Part shown: one piece after another, positions 36,374 to 44,258 of the stretch
How the letters are laid out: the number at the start of each line of letters is the position of its first letter
Numbering within the stretch: the stretch's first letter is position 1
DNA from: a virus
Taxonomy: Duplodnaviria; Caudoviricetes
Length of the DNA stretch: 45,131 nucleotides
Virus record (IMG/VR): IMGVR_UViG_3300020131_000002
Location: 1 to 45,131 of that record
Direction: 5' to 3' (one strand)
Program-made: the position numbers and the translations under genes
The notes under the pieces: generated by a model
Database searches by the model: none
Told to the model about the DNA's origin: nothing
The model's input: only the letters and a program-made list of their open reading frames with translations

Positions 36374-36467
36374 TTTAAACTCCGTAAAGGTTGGACGGAT
36401 GCGCCGCCCCCCGCTGGTGAAAGCTCACCGCACAGAAGAACATTGCTGCTCCCCTGTACGTTGGGTT

Positions 36468-36779
36468 CTAACCGAAATCGCTGTTTTTGTGCCCGGCATC
36501 GCGCATGTCGTCAGCGGGACCGCGGATGTTGCTGTCATCCAGGTCGCCGCGGGCCTCCCGCCGGTCTTCCTCGGTTTCCTCGACGACGACCTTCGCCCTC
36601 CGCTGCTTTTCGAGCCACTCGGCAAGAAGCTGGTTGATGAGCGCGCTGCGGGCGCCGTAAGCGATTTCCCCGGTGAGGGGGTCGAGGAGAAGAAGCTCGA
36701 CTTGCAGGGCAATTTTCTCCTTGACTTCGATTCTCCACCGAACGCTCTTTTCGGTGTGGGGTTTACGGCCTCTGCTCAT
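36468..36779 (-). CDS. Putative ribbon-helix-helix-like DNA-binding protein
   Basis: MSRGRKP...VRWRIEV.E.IA..VE...YGARSALINQLLAEWL strand-helix-helix pattern. Confidence 0.5.
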   Translation of the reverse strand: MSRGRKPHTEKSVRWRIEVKEKIALQVELLLLDPLTGEIAYGARSALINQLLAEWLEKQRRAKVVVEETEEDRREARGDLDDSNIRGPADDMRDAGHKNSDFG

Positions 36780-37138
36780 GATTTGTCTCCTGCCGGTGCT
36801 GGTGGGTTTACCGCGAGGAAGGTGGAGAGCTTTATCCCTCGCATGGGGCGTAGGTATACGCAGCTGGTGTAGATGAAACGCCAGCGCTTCACGGGGGTGT
36901 CGTAAAAGAAGAGCCCGCCGTTAATGCTTCCACCGCTCTCGATGATACGCTCTTCGTGGAGGTAGATGGGGGTGCCGGGAGGGATAAAGTCACGGCTCCC
37001 GTGCGCGTCGAATGGGCCCCACTTGACGATGGTGTAGTAGCCGGGCTTGATAGAGTCGTGGATGGGCGGAAGGGTGGGTGCAAGTTCCCGAGGGCGCAGC
37101 CCGAAGAGCCGCTTAAGTGCCGTTAGTGCTGTTTTCAT
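36776..37138 (-). CDS. Hypothetical protein
   Basis: Start MKTALTALK next to the upstream stop. Confidence 0.5.
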   Translation of the reverse strand: MKTALTALKRLFGLRPRELAPTLPPIHDSIKPGYYTIVKWGPFDAHGSRDFIPPGTPIYLHEERIIESGGSINGGLFFYDTPVKRWRFIYTSCVYLRPMRGIKLSTFLAVNPPAPAGDKS

Positions 37139-37139
37139 T

Positions 37140-37430
37140 TCAGTTCCCCCTTGTGATTGGAATAAGGCCCGTGGCAATGCCAAGGACGAGTTGGGTAAGT
37201 TGCTCCGCCACCTCATCTGGGGTGAATGGGCAGTGCGGGGACATTACGAGGGCGCATACCAGCCGGTCGCTGTCGCCGGGCATGGGGAGCATCTTGATCG
37301 TATACATGGGCTTTATCTCCCCCCGCTCGCTGCTCTCGAAAAGATCGCGGATGGATTCGGCCTCGGTGCGGCGGGATTTGTCCGCGGCTTCGAAGAGGTT
37401 TATAACTTTCTGTTCCCCTTTGTGTGTCAT
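37140..37430 (-). CDS. Hypothetical protein
   Basis: AAGGAG RBS. Confidence 0.6.
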   Translation of the reverse strand: MTHKGEQKVINLFEAADKSRRTEAESIRDLFESSERGEIKPMYTIKMLPMPGDSDRLVCALVMSPHCPFTPDEVAEQLTQLVLGIATGLIPITRGN

Positions 37431-37441
37431 AGCTTTGCTCC

Positions 37442-37918
37442 TTAATTGAAAAGTGGCAGTTGGGTGCCGGGTGTGGCAAGTTCGAAAAGGGTGCTGCTGT
37501 CGAGCCGGGCGGCGATCTCTACGCAGTGAGCGCAGAAGTCGGTGCTTTCGCTGCGGCGGGATATGCAGCTCGGTACGTCGAGAGGCGCGGGAAGGAGGCA
37601 GGGGATTTCGATTGCCAGCCCATCCTTGCGCTTAATGGCTTTGTAGCGGAGCATTTTTGTCTCTGCATAGGTGGTACGGGAACCGCAGCTTAGGCAGTTT
37701 TGCTCGACGAGGAAGTATTCCCGATGCTCGGCCAGGAAGAAGGGGGAGGTCTGCGGGTTCGAGGGGAACGCCCGCTGCTTCCATTCGGTGGGAGTCTTTG
37801 CCTTTGCCTCTTTCTTACCCTTCCCCACTGGGGCGAGAAGGTCGCCGAAGAGGGATTCGAGTTTCTTCCGGGCTTCGAGCTGCTCGGGGGTGCGAGTTGG
37901 GATCTGTGTGTGCTTCAT
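37442..37918 (-). CDS. Hypothetical Zn-binding protein
   Basis: CLSCG...CAHC. Confidence 0.6.
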   Translation of the reverse strand: MKHTQIPTRTPEQLEARKKLESLFGDLLAPVGKGKKEAKAKTPTEWKQRAFPSNPQTSPFFLAEHREYFLVEQNCLSCGSRTTYAETKMLRYKAIKRKDGLAIEIPCLLPAPLDVPSCISRRSESTDFCAHCVEIAARLDSSTLFELATPGTQLPLFN

Positions 37919-37920
37919 GA

Positions 37921-38250
37921 TTATATCCCCTTGTACAGCCGGGCAAGTTCATTTAAGCTTGCGTCGAGTTTAGGAATAACGAACACCCCCCGGCGGGAAA
38001 AGAATAGCTGCCCGGAAGTGATGAGGCATTTCTTCTCTTCCTTAATGTGCGGATTGTTGTAGTCGAGGATAGCCTCGCCCTTGGCATTGACAATGGCGTT
38101 GAATATCCACATATCTCCGAGGTGCCACAAGTCCCCCCACGCACTGCTGTTATTGCTGTGGTTGTAGAGGGCGCATCCGGTGATGAAGCACTCAGGGACG
38201 CGCGGGGCGCCGATGAGGTTGGGTGCGGGGGTTGCTGCTGTGTTTTCCAT
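37921..38250 (-). CDS. Hypothetical protein
   Basis: Start MENTAATP with GGAG RBS. Confidence 0.55.
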   Translation of the reverse strand: MENTAATPAPNLIGAPRVPECFITGCALYNHSNNSSAWGDLWHLGDMWIFNAIVNAKGEAILDYNNPHIKEEKKCLITSGQLFFSRRGVFVIPKLDASLNELARLYKGI

Positions 38251-38329
38251 GATAGACTGCTCTCCGTTGTTATAGGGAATGCCTCCCGCACAACCCACGT
38301 TCCGAGAGGGAAATGGGCTGTATGTGAGG

Positions 38330-38587
38330 TTATCCGAAGATGCTCTTTGGGGCAGTGCCGTCGACAGTTGCCGCTGGGCCGGTTTCGGTGCCACCTTGCG
38401 CTCCGCTATCGACGGTTGCGGGAGGCGCGTCAGGGGTGACTGGCTGCGGGTTTTCCGCCGTTGCCTCTGCCGTGTAGAAGCGGATGTCGCCTGCCGCGTT
38501 GGTTAGGGCTAGGGTTTGTGGCAGGTCGGCGCCGGGGAGTTGGAATACCGAAACTCGGCTGTTGTCGATGATAAGGGTTGTTTCCAT
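38330..38587 (-). CDS. Hypothetical protein
   Basis: AAGGAG RBS, 85 aa. Confidence 0.6.
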   Translation of the reverse strand: METTLIIDNSRVSVFQLPGADLPQTLALTNAAGDIRFYTAEATAENPQPVTPDAPPATVDSGAQGGTETGPAATVDGTAPKSIFG

Positions 38588-38626
38588 ATTGTATTGCTCC
38601 TTGGTTGTGGTTAAGGGTACTGCAGG

Positions 38627-38944
38627 TTAAAGGGGTGGTTGCCCCTCGGTGAGTATTTCGGCGTCGACTATTCCCTGTGCATCGCTGCGGGTCATGCCCT
38701 GGTACTCGAGGGCGCTGACGCGTGCTTCGTAGAGGTCGGGGGCGGTCATCCACTTGCAGTCCACGATGGTGGGGTAGTAAAGAACTCCATCGAGCTCGAT
38801 GCGACCGCTGCTTGCAGGTGTGTGAGGGGGGTGCCCGAGGCCGGTGACGGTGCAGGGATCGCCCCGGAAGTCGAGGAATTTGTCCCCGACTTTGACGGGC
38901 TGCAGGTTGCTATTGACGAGGTGCCATGTTGTAGAGGTGTTCAT
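38627..38944 (-). CDS. Hypothetical early protein
   Basis: First gene after the consensus promoter at 39030; GGAG RBS before MNTSTTW; G.TRSDAQGIVDA C-terminus. Confidence 0.6.
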   Translation of the reverse strand: MNTSTTWHLVNSNLQPVKVGDKFLDFRGDPCTVTGLGHPPHTPASSGRIELDGVLYYPTIVDCKWMTAPDLYEARVSALEYQGMTRSDAQGIVDAEILTEGQPPL

Positions 38945-38970
38945 GGTGGGGGTGTCTCCCAGGTTCGTTG

Positions 38971-39003
38971 ATGGGGTGATAATTAATTTATTCATCGTCC
39001 CAT
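38971..39003. promoter_or_regulatory. 33-bp palindromic motif, copy 5, overlapping -10/+1 of a consensus promoter
   Basis: ATGGGGTGATAATTAATTTATTCATCGTCCCAT. Confidence 0.8.
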
Positions 39004-39030
39004 TATATAGTGGTGTTTGGAGTTTGTCAA
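39002..39030 (-). promoter_or_regulatory. Perfect consensus sigma70 early promoter
   Basis: TTGACA-17-TATAAT on the - strand. Confidence 0.85.
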
Positions 39031-39773
39031 CCCAAATCCCCCAAGATGTTGCGGTTAAACATTATCACCTTACCATCCGTTGTTACGGTGTGCGGGGGCA
39101 GGTCGGCCTGGGTGAGCTTGAAGGCGGCCCACTGCATGGCGAAGTCCTGGGCGCTTTCCTGGCTGTCGAAGGGAAGGGTGAAGCTGTCAGTGCTTCCGTG
39201 CTTGAGCCGGGTGGCGGTGCGCTCGAAGAGGGCGTTGACGGTGAGGCCGACAGGTGTGTCGCGGGTTTCGGCGAGGACTTGATCCAGGGGGTTGACGGGT
39301 GGTGCGGGGCGATTGTCCTTCTGCTCCTGCACGGTGGTGATGAGCATTTGCTCGAAAGAGTTACCGGAGGTTTGGTTCCTGATAAGATCGTCATTGCTAT
39401 GCCCCTGCTCTTCTTGCAAAATCCCTAATAGCATGTCGATGTTGGCGGTATCGGCCAGGTCTCTGTCGGTGAAGCGGATGGTATTGCCTTCGAGCACCGC
39501 CTTAAATCGCCGGCTGTTCTTAAGCTTTCTGAGGGTTTCTTCTGCCCGGGCGAGCTTATCGCTTTGCGCTGACTTTCTTGCCAGTACCATTTCTATTTCT
39601 GCTTCGCTTTCTAATACTCGCTGAAAGGAGTAGTATTTGAGCCGGAATTTAATCGCTTCCTTCTCAGTCTCCTTTTTAATCTCTATGTCTTTAGCGTGGC
39701 CAGGCTTGCCAAGTATTTCAATTAACAGGTGAAAGGTTTGTTCGTAACTACTGCTCTTGCGGGGATGTGCCAT
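39027..39773 (-). CDS. Hypothetical early protein (248 aa)
   Basis: Start MAHPRKSS with GGAG RBS, downstream of the promoter at 39833. Confidence 0.65.
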   Translation of the reverse strand: MAHPRKSSSYEQTFHLLIEILGKPGHAKDIEIKKETEKEAIKFRLKYYSFQRVLESEAEIEMVLARKSAQSDKLARAEETLRKLKNSRRFKAVLEGNTIRFTDRDLADTANIDMLLGILQEEQGHSNDDLIRNQTSGNSFEQMLITTVQEQKDNRPAPPVNPLDQVLAETRDTPVGLTVNALFERTATRLKHGSTDSFTLPFDSQESAQDFAMQWAAFKLTQADLPPHTVTTDGKVIMFNRNILGDLG

Positions 39774-39804
39774 GAGGGGCTCCAGTTGGTTGTCGGGTGA
39801 TGTT

Positions 39805-39833
39805 ATTGTGATGGGTGGGGGTAAGGATGTCAA
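39805..39833 (-). promoter_or_regulatory. Sigma70 promoter (leftward)
   Basis: TTGACA-17-CACAAT on the - strand. Confidence 0.6.
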
Positions 39834-39870
39834 GAGGTTTTGTGGGAAGCTGGGGATGTTTGGGTAATCG

Positions 39871-40103
39871 TATCCCCCCGATTATACCACCCGATTCACC
39901 CCACGGAAACCCGAAAATAGGGGTACCCCCCATTGTCACGCGCCAAAAATCCTCCCCTCCTTTCTCTTCTCTCTAAGTAAAAAAAAATATTAATAAGAAG
40001 AGCGGAGGAGAGGGAGTGAGCGCTGGTGGGTGGGTGGGAATGGGGGTGGATGGTCGTTTTCGGGATTGTGGGGGGTGCATCGGCGGGTAGCATCGGGGGG
40101 ATA
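39871..40103. repeat. Long degenerate inverted repeat in the non-coding divergence region
   Basis: TATCCCCCCGAT / ATCGGGGGGATA outer arms plus nested matching blocks around an A/T-rich centre. Confidence 0.7.
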
Positions 40104-40158
40104 TTATTTCCCCGATTATTCCCCCACCCCATCGAGTTACCCTGCCCCAAAATTGTGC

Positions 40159-40187
40159 TTGACATCCTCCGACGGGCTGGGTATGAT
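40159..40187 (+). promoter_or_regulatory. Sigma70 promoter (rightward)
   Basis: TTGACA-17-TATGAT. Confidence 0.75.
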
Positions 40188-40250
40188 GAATTTCGCATTA
40201 CAGATTGCGTGTACCTGCGTATCTAATTAACTTTTAAAGGAGTATTGAAA

Positions 40251-40739
40251 ATGGCTAAAGTAGCGAGTAAGGTTCTTGACTTTGAAAGCAAGGGTGTGGA
40301 ATTTGAATTCTCCGGCAAAGAGCCGCAGCTGATTAAGCTGGAAGATTTCTCCCCCGACATCCAACTGCATCTTGCCTTGCACGGATTGTCCCAAAAGCTG
40401 GGCGATGCTTATTCCTCGAGCAAGGGTGATGTTGACGTTGCGCAAACTATGTTTAATGATGCCCTAGCCCAACTGAAGGCTGGCGACTGGCGTGCAGCAC
40501 GTGGTGAAGGTGAAAGCAAGCCTCGCACCACTGAGCTCGCCGAGGCTGTTGCCCGCATCAAAGGTCTGCCAGTCGATGAAGTCAATGCCGCGCTTAAGGA
40601 AGCAAGCGACGAGCAACTCAAGACCATGCGCAGCAATGAGCGTGTCAAGGCCACCATCGCCGTTATCCGTGCAGAAAAGGCCCAGGCCCGCTTGGAGAAG
40701 CTGGAAGCCGACGGCAAGGGTGCGGAACTGGTATTGTAA
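40251..40739 (+). CDS. Conserved hypothetical protein, paralogue A (HGLSQKLGD motif)
   Basis: 162 aa, AAGGAG RBS, own promoter and terminator. Confidence 0.8.
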   Translation: MAKVASKVLDFESKGVEFEFSGKEPQLIKLEDFSPDIQLHLALHGLSQKLGDAYSSSKGDVDVAQTMFNDALAQLKAGDWRAARGEGESKPRTTELAEAVARIKGLPVDEVNAALKEASDEQLKTMRSNERVKATIAVIRAEKAQARLEKLEADGKGAELVL

Positions 40740-40809
40740 GCCACTGTACTTCAGGGACCTCCATCCCTGAATCTCCGGGGCGCGTCCTGCCATGAGCGCG
40801 TACCCATCT

Positions 40810-40840
40810 AAAATCCCCGCAGCGATGTGGGGATTTTTTT
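40810..40840 (+). terminator. Rho-independent terminator of paralogue A
   Basis: AAAATCCCCGC-loop-GTGGGGATTTTTTT. Confidence 0.85.
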
Positions 40841-40880
40841 CGCCTGGCGCCACCGCGCCACACAGCATTTCCGACTGACG

Positions 40881-40910
40881 AAAAAAGAGCCGGAGATTTC
40901 TCCCCGGCCC
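40881..40910 (-). terminator. Rho-independent terminator of paralogue B
   Basis: GGGCCGGGGA-GAAA-TCTCCGGCTC-TTTTTT on the - strand. Confidence 0.85.
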
Positions 40911-40916
40911 ATTTCC

Positions 40917-41402
40917 TTACTTGCCCTTCTTCTTGCCCGCCCCAAAGTCTAGGCTGATGTCATCGCCGGTTCCCTCAACGAGCTTGCTTGCCCGTTCCCC
41001 CTTAATCACATCGACCATCGCCTTAACCCTCGGGTTCTTTCGAATCGCAGCTTGCTGCTCCTCATCGGCTGCATTCCAGGCTTCCATCGCATCCTCAACT
41101 GCTATGCCCTTCAGCCTTGCCAATGCCTCAACAACCACCCCGCCGGTGCCTTGTGCCCGTGCATTGAAGTCTCCCTTCTTCAGATTCTCCCACACACTCT
41201 TCGCACTAACTATCGCCTCGCTCACCGTGTCCGCACTCGCATAGCTGTCACCGATCTTCTGGCTTAAGCCATGTATTGCCAGCTGCCGAATCATTGCCTC
41301 ATTCAAATCCTCTAACGGGCAATTCATCACCGTGTTGCTTGCATCCGCGAACTGGAACAATACACCGAAGTCCGTCTTACTTTTCTTTGCAATCTTTGCC
41401 AT
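40917..41402 (-). CDS. Conserved hypothetical protein, paralogue B (HGLSQKIGD motif)
   Basis: 161 aa from MAKIAKK with GGAG RBS; aligns end to end with 40251..40739. Confidence 0.8.
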   Translation of the reverse strand: MAKIAKKSKTDFGVLFQFADASNTVMNCPLEDLNEAMIRQLAIHGLSQKIGDSYASADTVSEAIVSAKSVWENLKKGDFNARAQGTGGVVVEALARLKGIAVEDAMEAWNAADEEQQAAIRKNPRVKAMVDVIKGERASKLVEGTGDDISLDFGAGKKKGK

Positions 41403-41574
41403 GATATAATCTCCATAAGTTGTTAATGAGCTGGTGTTGCATGGAGGCCCGTATCGAATCCCCATGTACGTATAATACCCCAAACGACCTCCCATGTATA
41501 GGCCCCTCCCCCCATGCGCGACGCTGAGCCACCACGAAAGAGCCTCAAGCGGCGCTGTGAAAAACGGGGAATTA

Positions 41575-41607
41575 ATGGGACGGGGATTAAAGTAATCACC
41601 ACCCCAT
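41575..41607. promoter_or_regulatory. 33-bp palindromic motif, copy 6, upstream of the late operon promoter
   Basis: ATGGGACGGGGATTAAAGTAATCACCACCCCAT. Confidence 0.8.
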
Positions 41608-41637
41608 CCCGCGCCCCCGCTTGCCCGGCAACGCCCC

Positions 41638-41665
41638 TCGACAAAGCCCCGCCCCCGCGTACAAT
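41638..41665 (+). promoter_or_regulatory. Candidate promoter of the packaging/structural operon
   Basis: TCGACA-16-TACAAT upstream of TerS. Confidence 0.5.
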
Positions 41666-41699
41666 CCCCGGGAAGGCTTAAGCAGAAGGAAACACGGCA

Positions 41700-42299
41700 A
41701 TGCAGGAACAAACTGGCCCGACCGCCCTCGACGCGGAGGACTTAATTAACACGCTCGACGTGAGCGGGTTCGAAAGCAAGGGGCACATACAGGTGAAGCA
41801 TCTCTCCCACACGCACGATATGATTATCAACTGGATGATCGCTAACCCCGAGAGGAACCTCCGCCACTGCGCTGACCACTTCGGCTACACCCAGCCGTGG
41901 CTAAGCACCCTCATCCACACGGACTTGTTTCAGGCCAAGCTGAAGGAACGGCAGAACGAGGTGTTTAGTATGATTGCCAGCGACGTCCCGACCAAGCTCA
42001 ACGCCCTCGCCGACCTCGCCGTGGAAAAGCTTTCGGAGAAACTCTCCTCCGTCGAGGACCCGAAATTCGTCCTGGACGCCTTCGACAAGATCATGCACAA
42101 GGCAGGTTATGCCCCCGCCAGCCAGAAGAATCCCGGCGGCACTGCCCCCCAGACCCAGGTGAACGTATTTACCGTCAGCCGGGAAACGCTTGCCCAGGCC
42201 CGTCAGGGTATGTTTAGTGTGGGGGAGGCTGTGGACCCGAAGGCTATCACCGTCGACGTCGAGGTTACGGATGCTACCGGCCACACCCCCGAACTTTAA
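41700..42299 (+). CDS. Putative terminase small subunit
   Basis: HTH (LRHCADHFGYTQPWLSTLI) followed by oligomerisation-like helices; first late gene, two genes before TerL. Confidence 0.6.
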   Translation: MQEQTGPTALDAEDLINTLDVSGFESKGHIQVKHLSHTHDMIINWMIANPERNLRHCADHFGYTQPWLSTLIHTDLFQAKLKERQNEVFSMIASDVPTKLNALADLAVEKLSEKLSSVEDPKFVLDAFDKIMHKAGYAPASQKNPGGTAPQTQVNVFTVSRETLAQARQGMFSVGEAVDPKAITVDVEVTDATGHTPEL

Positions 42300-42780
42300 G
42301 CCCGTCGGTAAAGTCCGCTGGGCACGGCTAGCCCTCGGCCCACCTCCCTTCGCGACATCCCGGCGGGTGACCGGGAGGCGGCTGCAGGGCGTACGCTACG
42401 AGAGGAAGGTGCAGGATCACCTGCTCACCAGCTTTCCCGACAAGTATGTCCCGAGCCCCTGGCTCTACTTCAGTGACGAAAACGGTGTGCACTGGCGGCA
42501 GCCCGACGGACTTTTAATCGACACTCGCGGAGGGAAGATCATTATCGTTGAGGTGAAGTATCAGCACACGACAGACGCCTGGTGGCAGATGCGGCGGCTA
42601 TACCTCCCGATACTCGAAGCCATTTTCCCCACCGCACTGTGGGATTATAAGATGCTTGAAGTTGTTAAATGGTTTGACGGGACAGTTGGTTGGCCCGAGC
42701 CCGTCCGACTCCTCGCGCATCCCCTCGATGCGTTAACTATACCAGGGAACGCTACTGGCGTACACATATGGACACCATGA
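42271..42780 (+). CDS. PD-(D/E)XK endonuclease
   Basis: G.RYE...QPDGLL...IIVEVK...QM..LY motif; GAGG RBS. Confidence 0.7.
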   Translation: MLPATPPNFKPVGKVRWARLALGPPPFATSRRVTGRRLQGVRYERKVQDHLLTSFPDKYVPSPWLYFSDENGVHWRQPDGLLIDTRGGKIIIVEVKYQHTTDAWWQMRRLYLPILEAIFPTALWDYKMLEVVKWFDGTVGWPEPVRLLAHPLDALTIPGNATGVHIWTP

Positions 42781-44258
42781 CTGACAATGTAAATTTAAGT
42801 GTGGAAGAGGCAGTTCTTCTCGGGGCGCAAAGCCTGGAGATGTTCGGCAAGCTTATGTTTCCGAAAACCTTCCGGCAGGAATCCCCCGCATTCCACCGGG
42901 AGATGGGGAGTCTGCTCTACAGCCCTTCCCGTTACAATGCCTTCGAGGTTTTTCGGGACGGGGCAAAGACCTCCCTCCTCCGCGTGTTCACTGCCCAGCG
43001 GGTAGGGTACGCCATCTCCCGCACGATCATGTATGTATCGGTTTCCCAGCAACACGCGATGATGAGCGTCCGCTGGTTGCGCCGGCAGATTATGTATAAC
43101 AAGAAGTACGCCCATACCTACGGGCTACGTAAAGGGGAGAAATGGACAGATGAACACTGCGAAATTTTTCACGATGTTGAGGACACACCTATTACCCTCC
43201 TTGCGATGGGCATTACGGGGCAGATTCGGGGCTTTAACCCCGACGACTATCGGCCCGACCTTATCATCATTGATGACGTGCTTAATGAGGAAAATTGTGC
43301 TACCGAGGATCAGCGGAAGAAACTCGAGGCTCTCATTTTTGGCGCGCTACTTAACTCGCTCGCCCCGGCTACCGATTGCCCCCAAGCTAAAGCGGTCTTC
43401 CTGCAAACCCCGCTCAACAAGCAAGACGCAATCGAAAAGTGTCTTAAAGACCCGCAATGGAACGGCAGGCGATACGGAATTCTTGACTACAGCGATCCAG
43501 CGCAAAAAGAAGGGAAAAGTCGCTGGGAGTCACGCTGGCCAACGGAAACCGTATTGCAGGAAAAGCAAGCGGCAATTAACCGCGGGCAGTACCACATCTG
43601 GATGCGGGAAAAAGAATGCCAGCTCGTCGCAGCGCAAGGGAAAACCTTCGACATCGAAAAGCTGAAATTCTGGGACATACTCCCCCTCGGGATGCTGAAA
43701 ATCATCTCCATCGACCCGGCGAGTTCGGACAGTCCCAAGGCCGATGATTGCGTGATTATGGCGATCGGGATGAGTGGCCCCGACGTTTTCGTAATGGCGT
43801 ATCAGGCGGAACAAGCTATGATGCCGGACGTAGTGGCCATGCACTTTTTCAATATGATTCTGGAATTCTCCCCCCTCCGCGCGGCAGTGGAAAGCATCAG
43901 CTACCAGCGGGTACTCGCATGGTACCTGGAAGAGGAAATGAAGAAGAGGCGGTTGTTCCTGCCGGTGAGTAAGATTCAGGACCGCCGGAGGAAGAGCGAC
44001 CGGATTGTGCAGACGCTGTCGGGGCTCGTCAACTACGGGCACCTGCACATTCACCCGAGCATGTCGAAACTCGTCACGCAGATGGATGAATACGACCCCC
44101 TTGACGACAGCCAGCATGATGACATACTCGATGCGCTGGCTATCGGTATTACCGAATTGTCCCCCCACCTGAGAGCGGCAGTAACAGTTGACGGGGATTT
44201 CGAACTCGTGGATGATGAATCCGAATATAAAACTTTACGTATTGGAGGATGTCCGTGA
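42777..44258 (+). CDS. terL: Terminase large subunit
   Basis: FRDGAKTS (Walker A-like), QIRG, LIIIDDV (Walker B), SIDPA and HDDILDALA (RNase H-like nuclease). Confidence 0.9.
   Translation: MTDNVNLSVEEAVLLGAQSLEMFGKLMFPKTFRQESPAFHREMGSLLYSPSRYNAFEVFRDGAKTSLLRVFTAQRVGYAISRTIMYVSVSQQHAMMSVRWLRRQIMYNKKYAHTYGLRKGEKWTDEHCEIFHDVEDTPITLLAMGITGQIRGFNPDDYRPDLIIIDDVLNEENCATEDQRKKLEALIFGALLNSLAPATDCPQAKAVFLQTPLNKQDAIEKCLKDPQWNGRRYGILDYSDPAQKEGKSRWESRWPTETVLQEKQAAINRGQYHIWMREKECQLVAAQGKTFDIEKLKFWDILPLGMLKIISIDPASSDSPKADDCVIMAIGMSGPDVFVMAYQAEQAMMPDVVAMHFFNMILEFSPLRAAVESISYQRVLAWYLEEEMKKRRLFLPVSKIQDRRRKSDRIVQTLSGLVNYGHLHIHPSMSKLVTQMDEYDPLDDSQHDDILDALAIGITELSPHLRAAVTVDGDFELVDDESEYKTLRIGGCP

Noticed and set aside
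41455-41520. Three CCCATG repeats upstream of paralogue B
   Set aside because: They match only the 5-bp end of the 33-bp motif, with irregular spacing.
3634-41607. 33-bp palindromes as CRISPR repeats or a mini-array with the Cas4-like nuclease
   Set aside because: The copies are kilobases apart, degenerate and promoter-associated, with no repeat-spacer periodicity. The nuclease sits in an exonuclease/ATPase/SSB recombination module.
41403-41711. N-terminal extension of the 264-aa ORF 40917..41711
   Set aside because: Paralogue alignment and the RBS place the start at 41402; the extension covers promoter and operator DNA.
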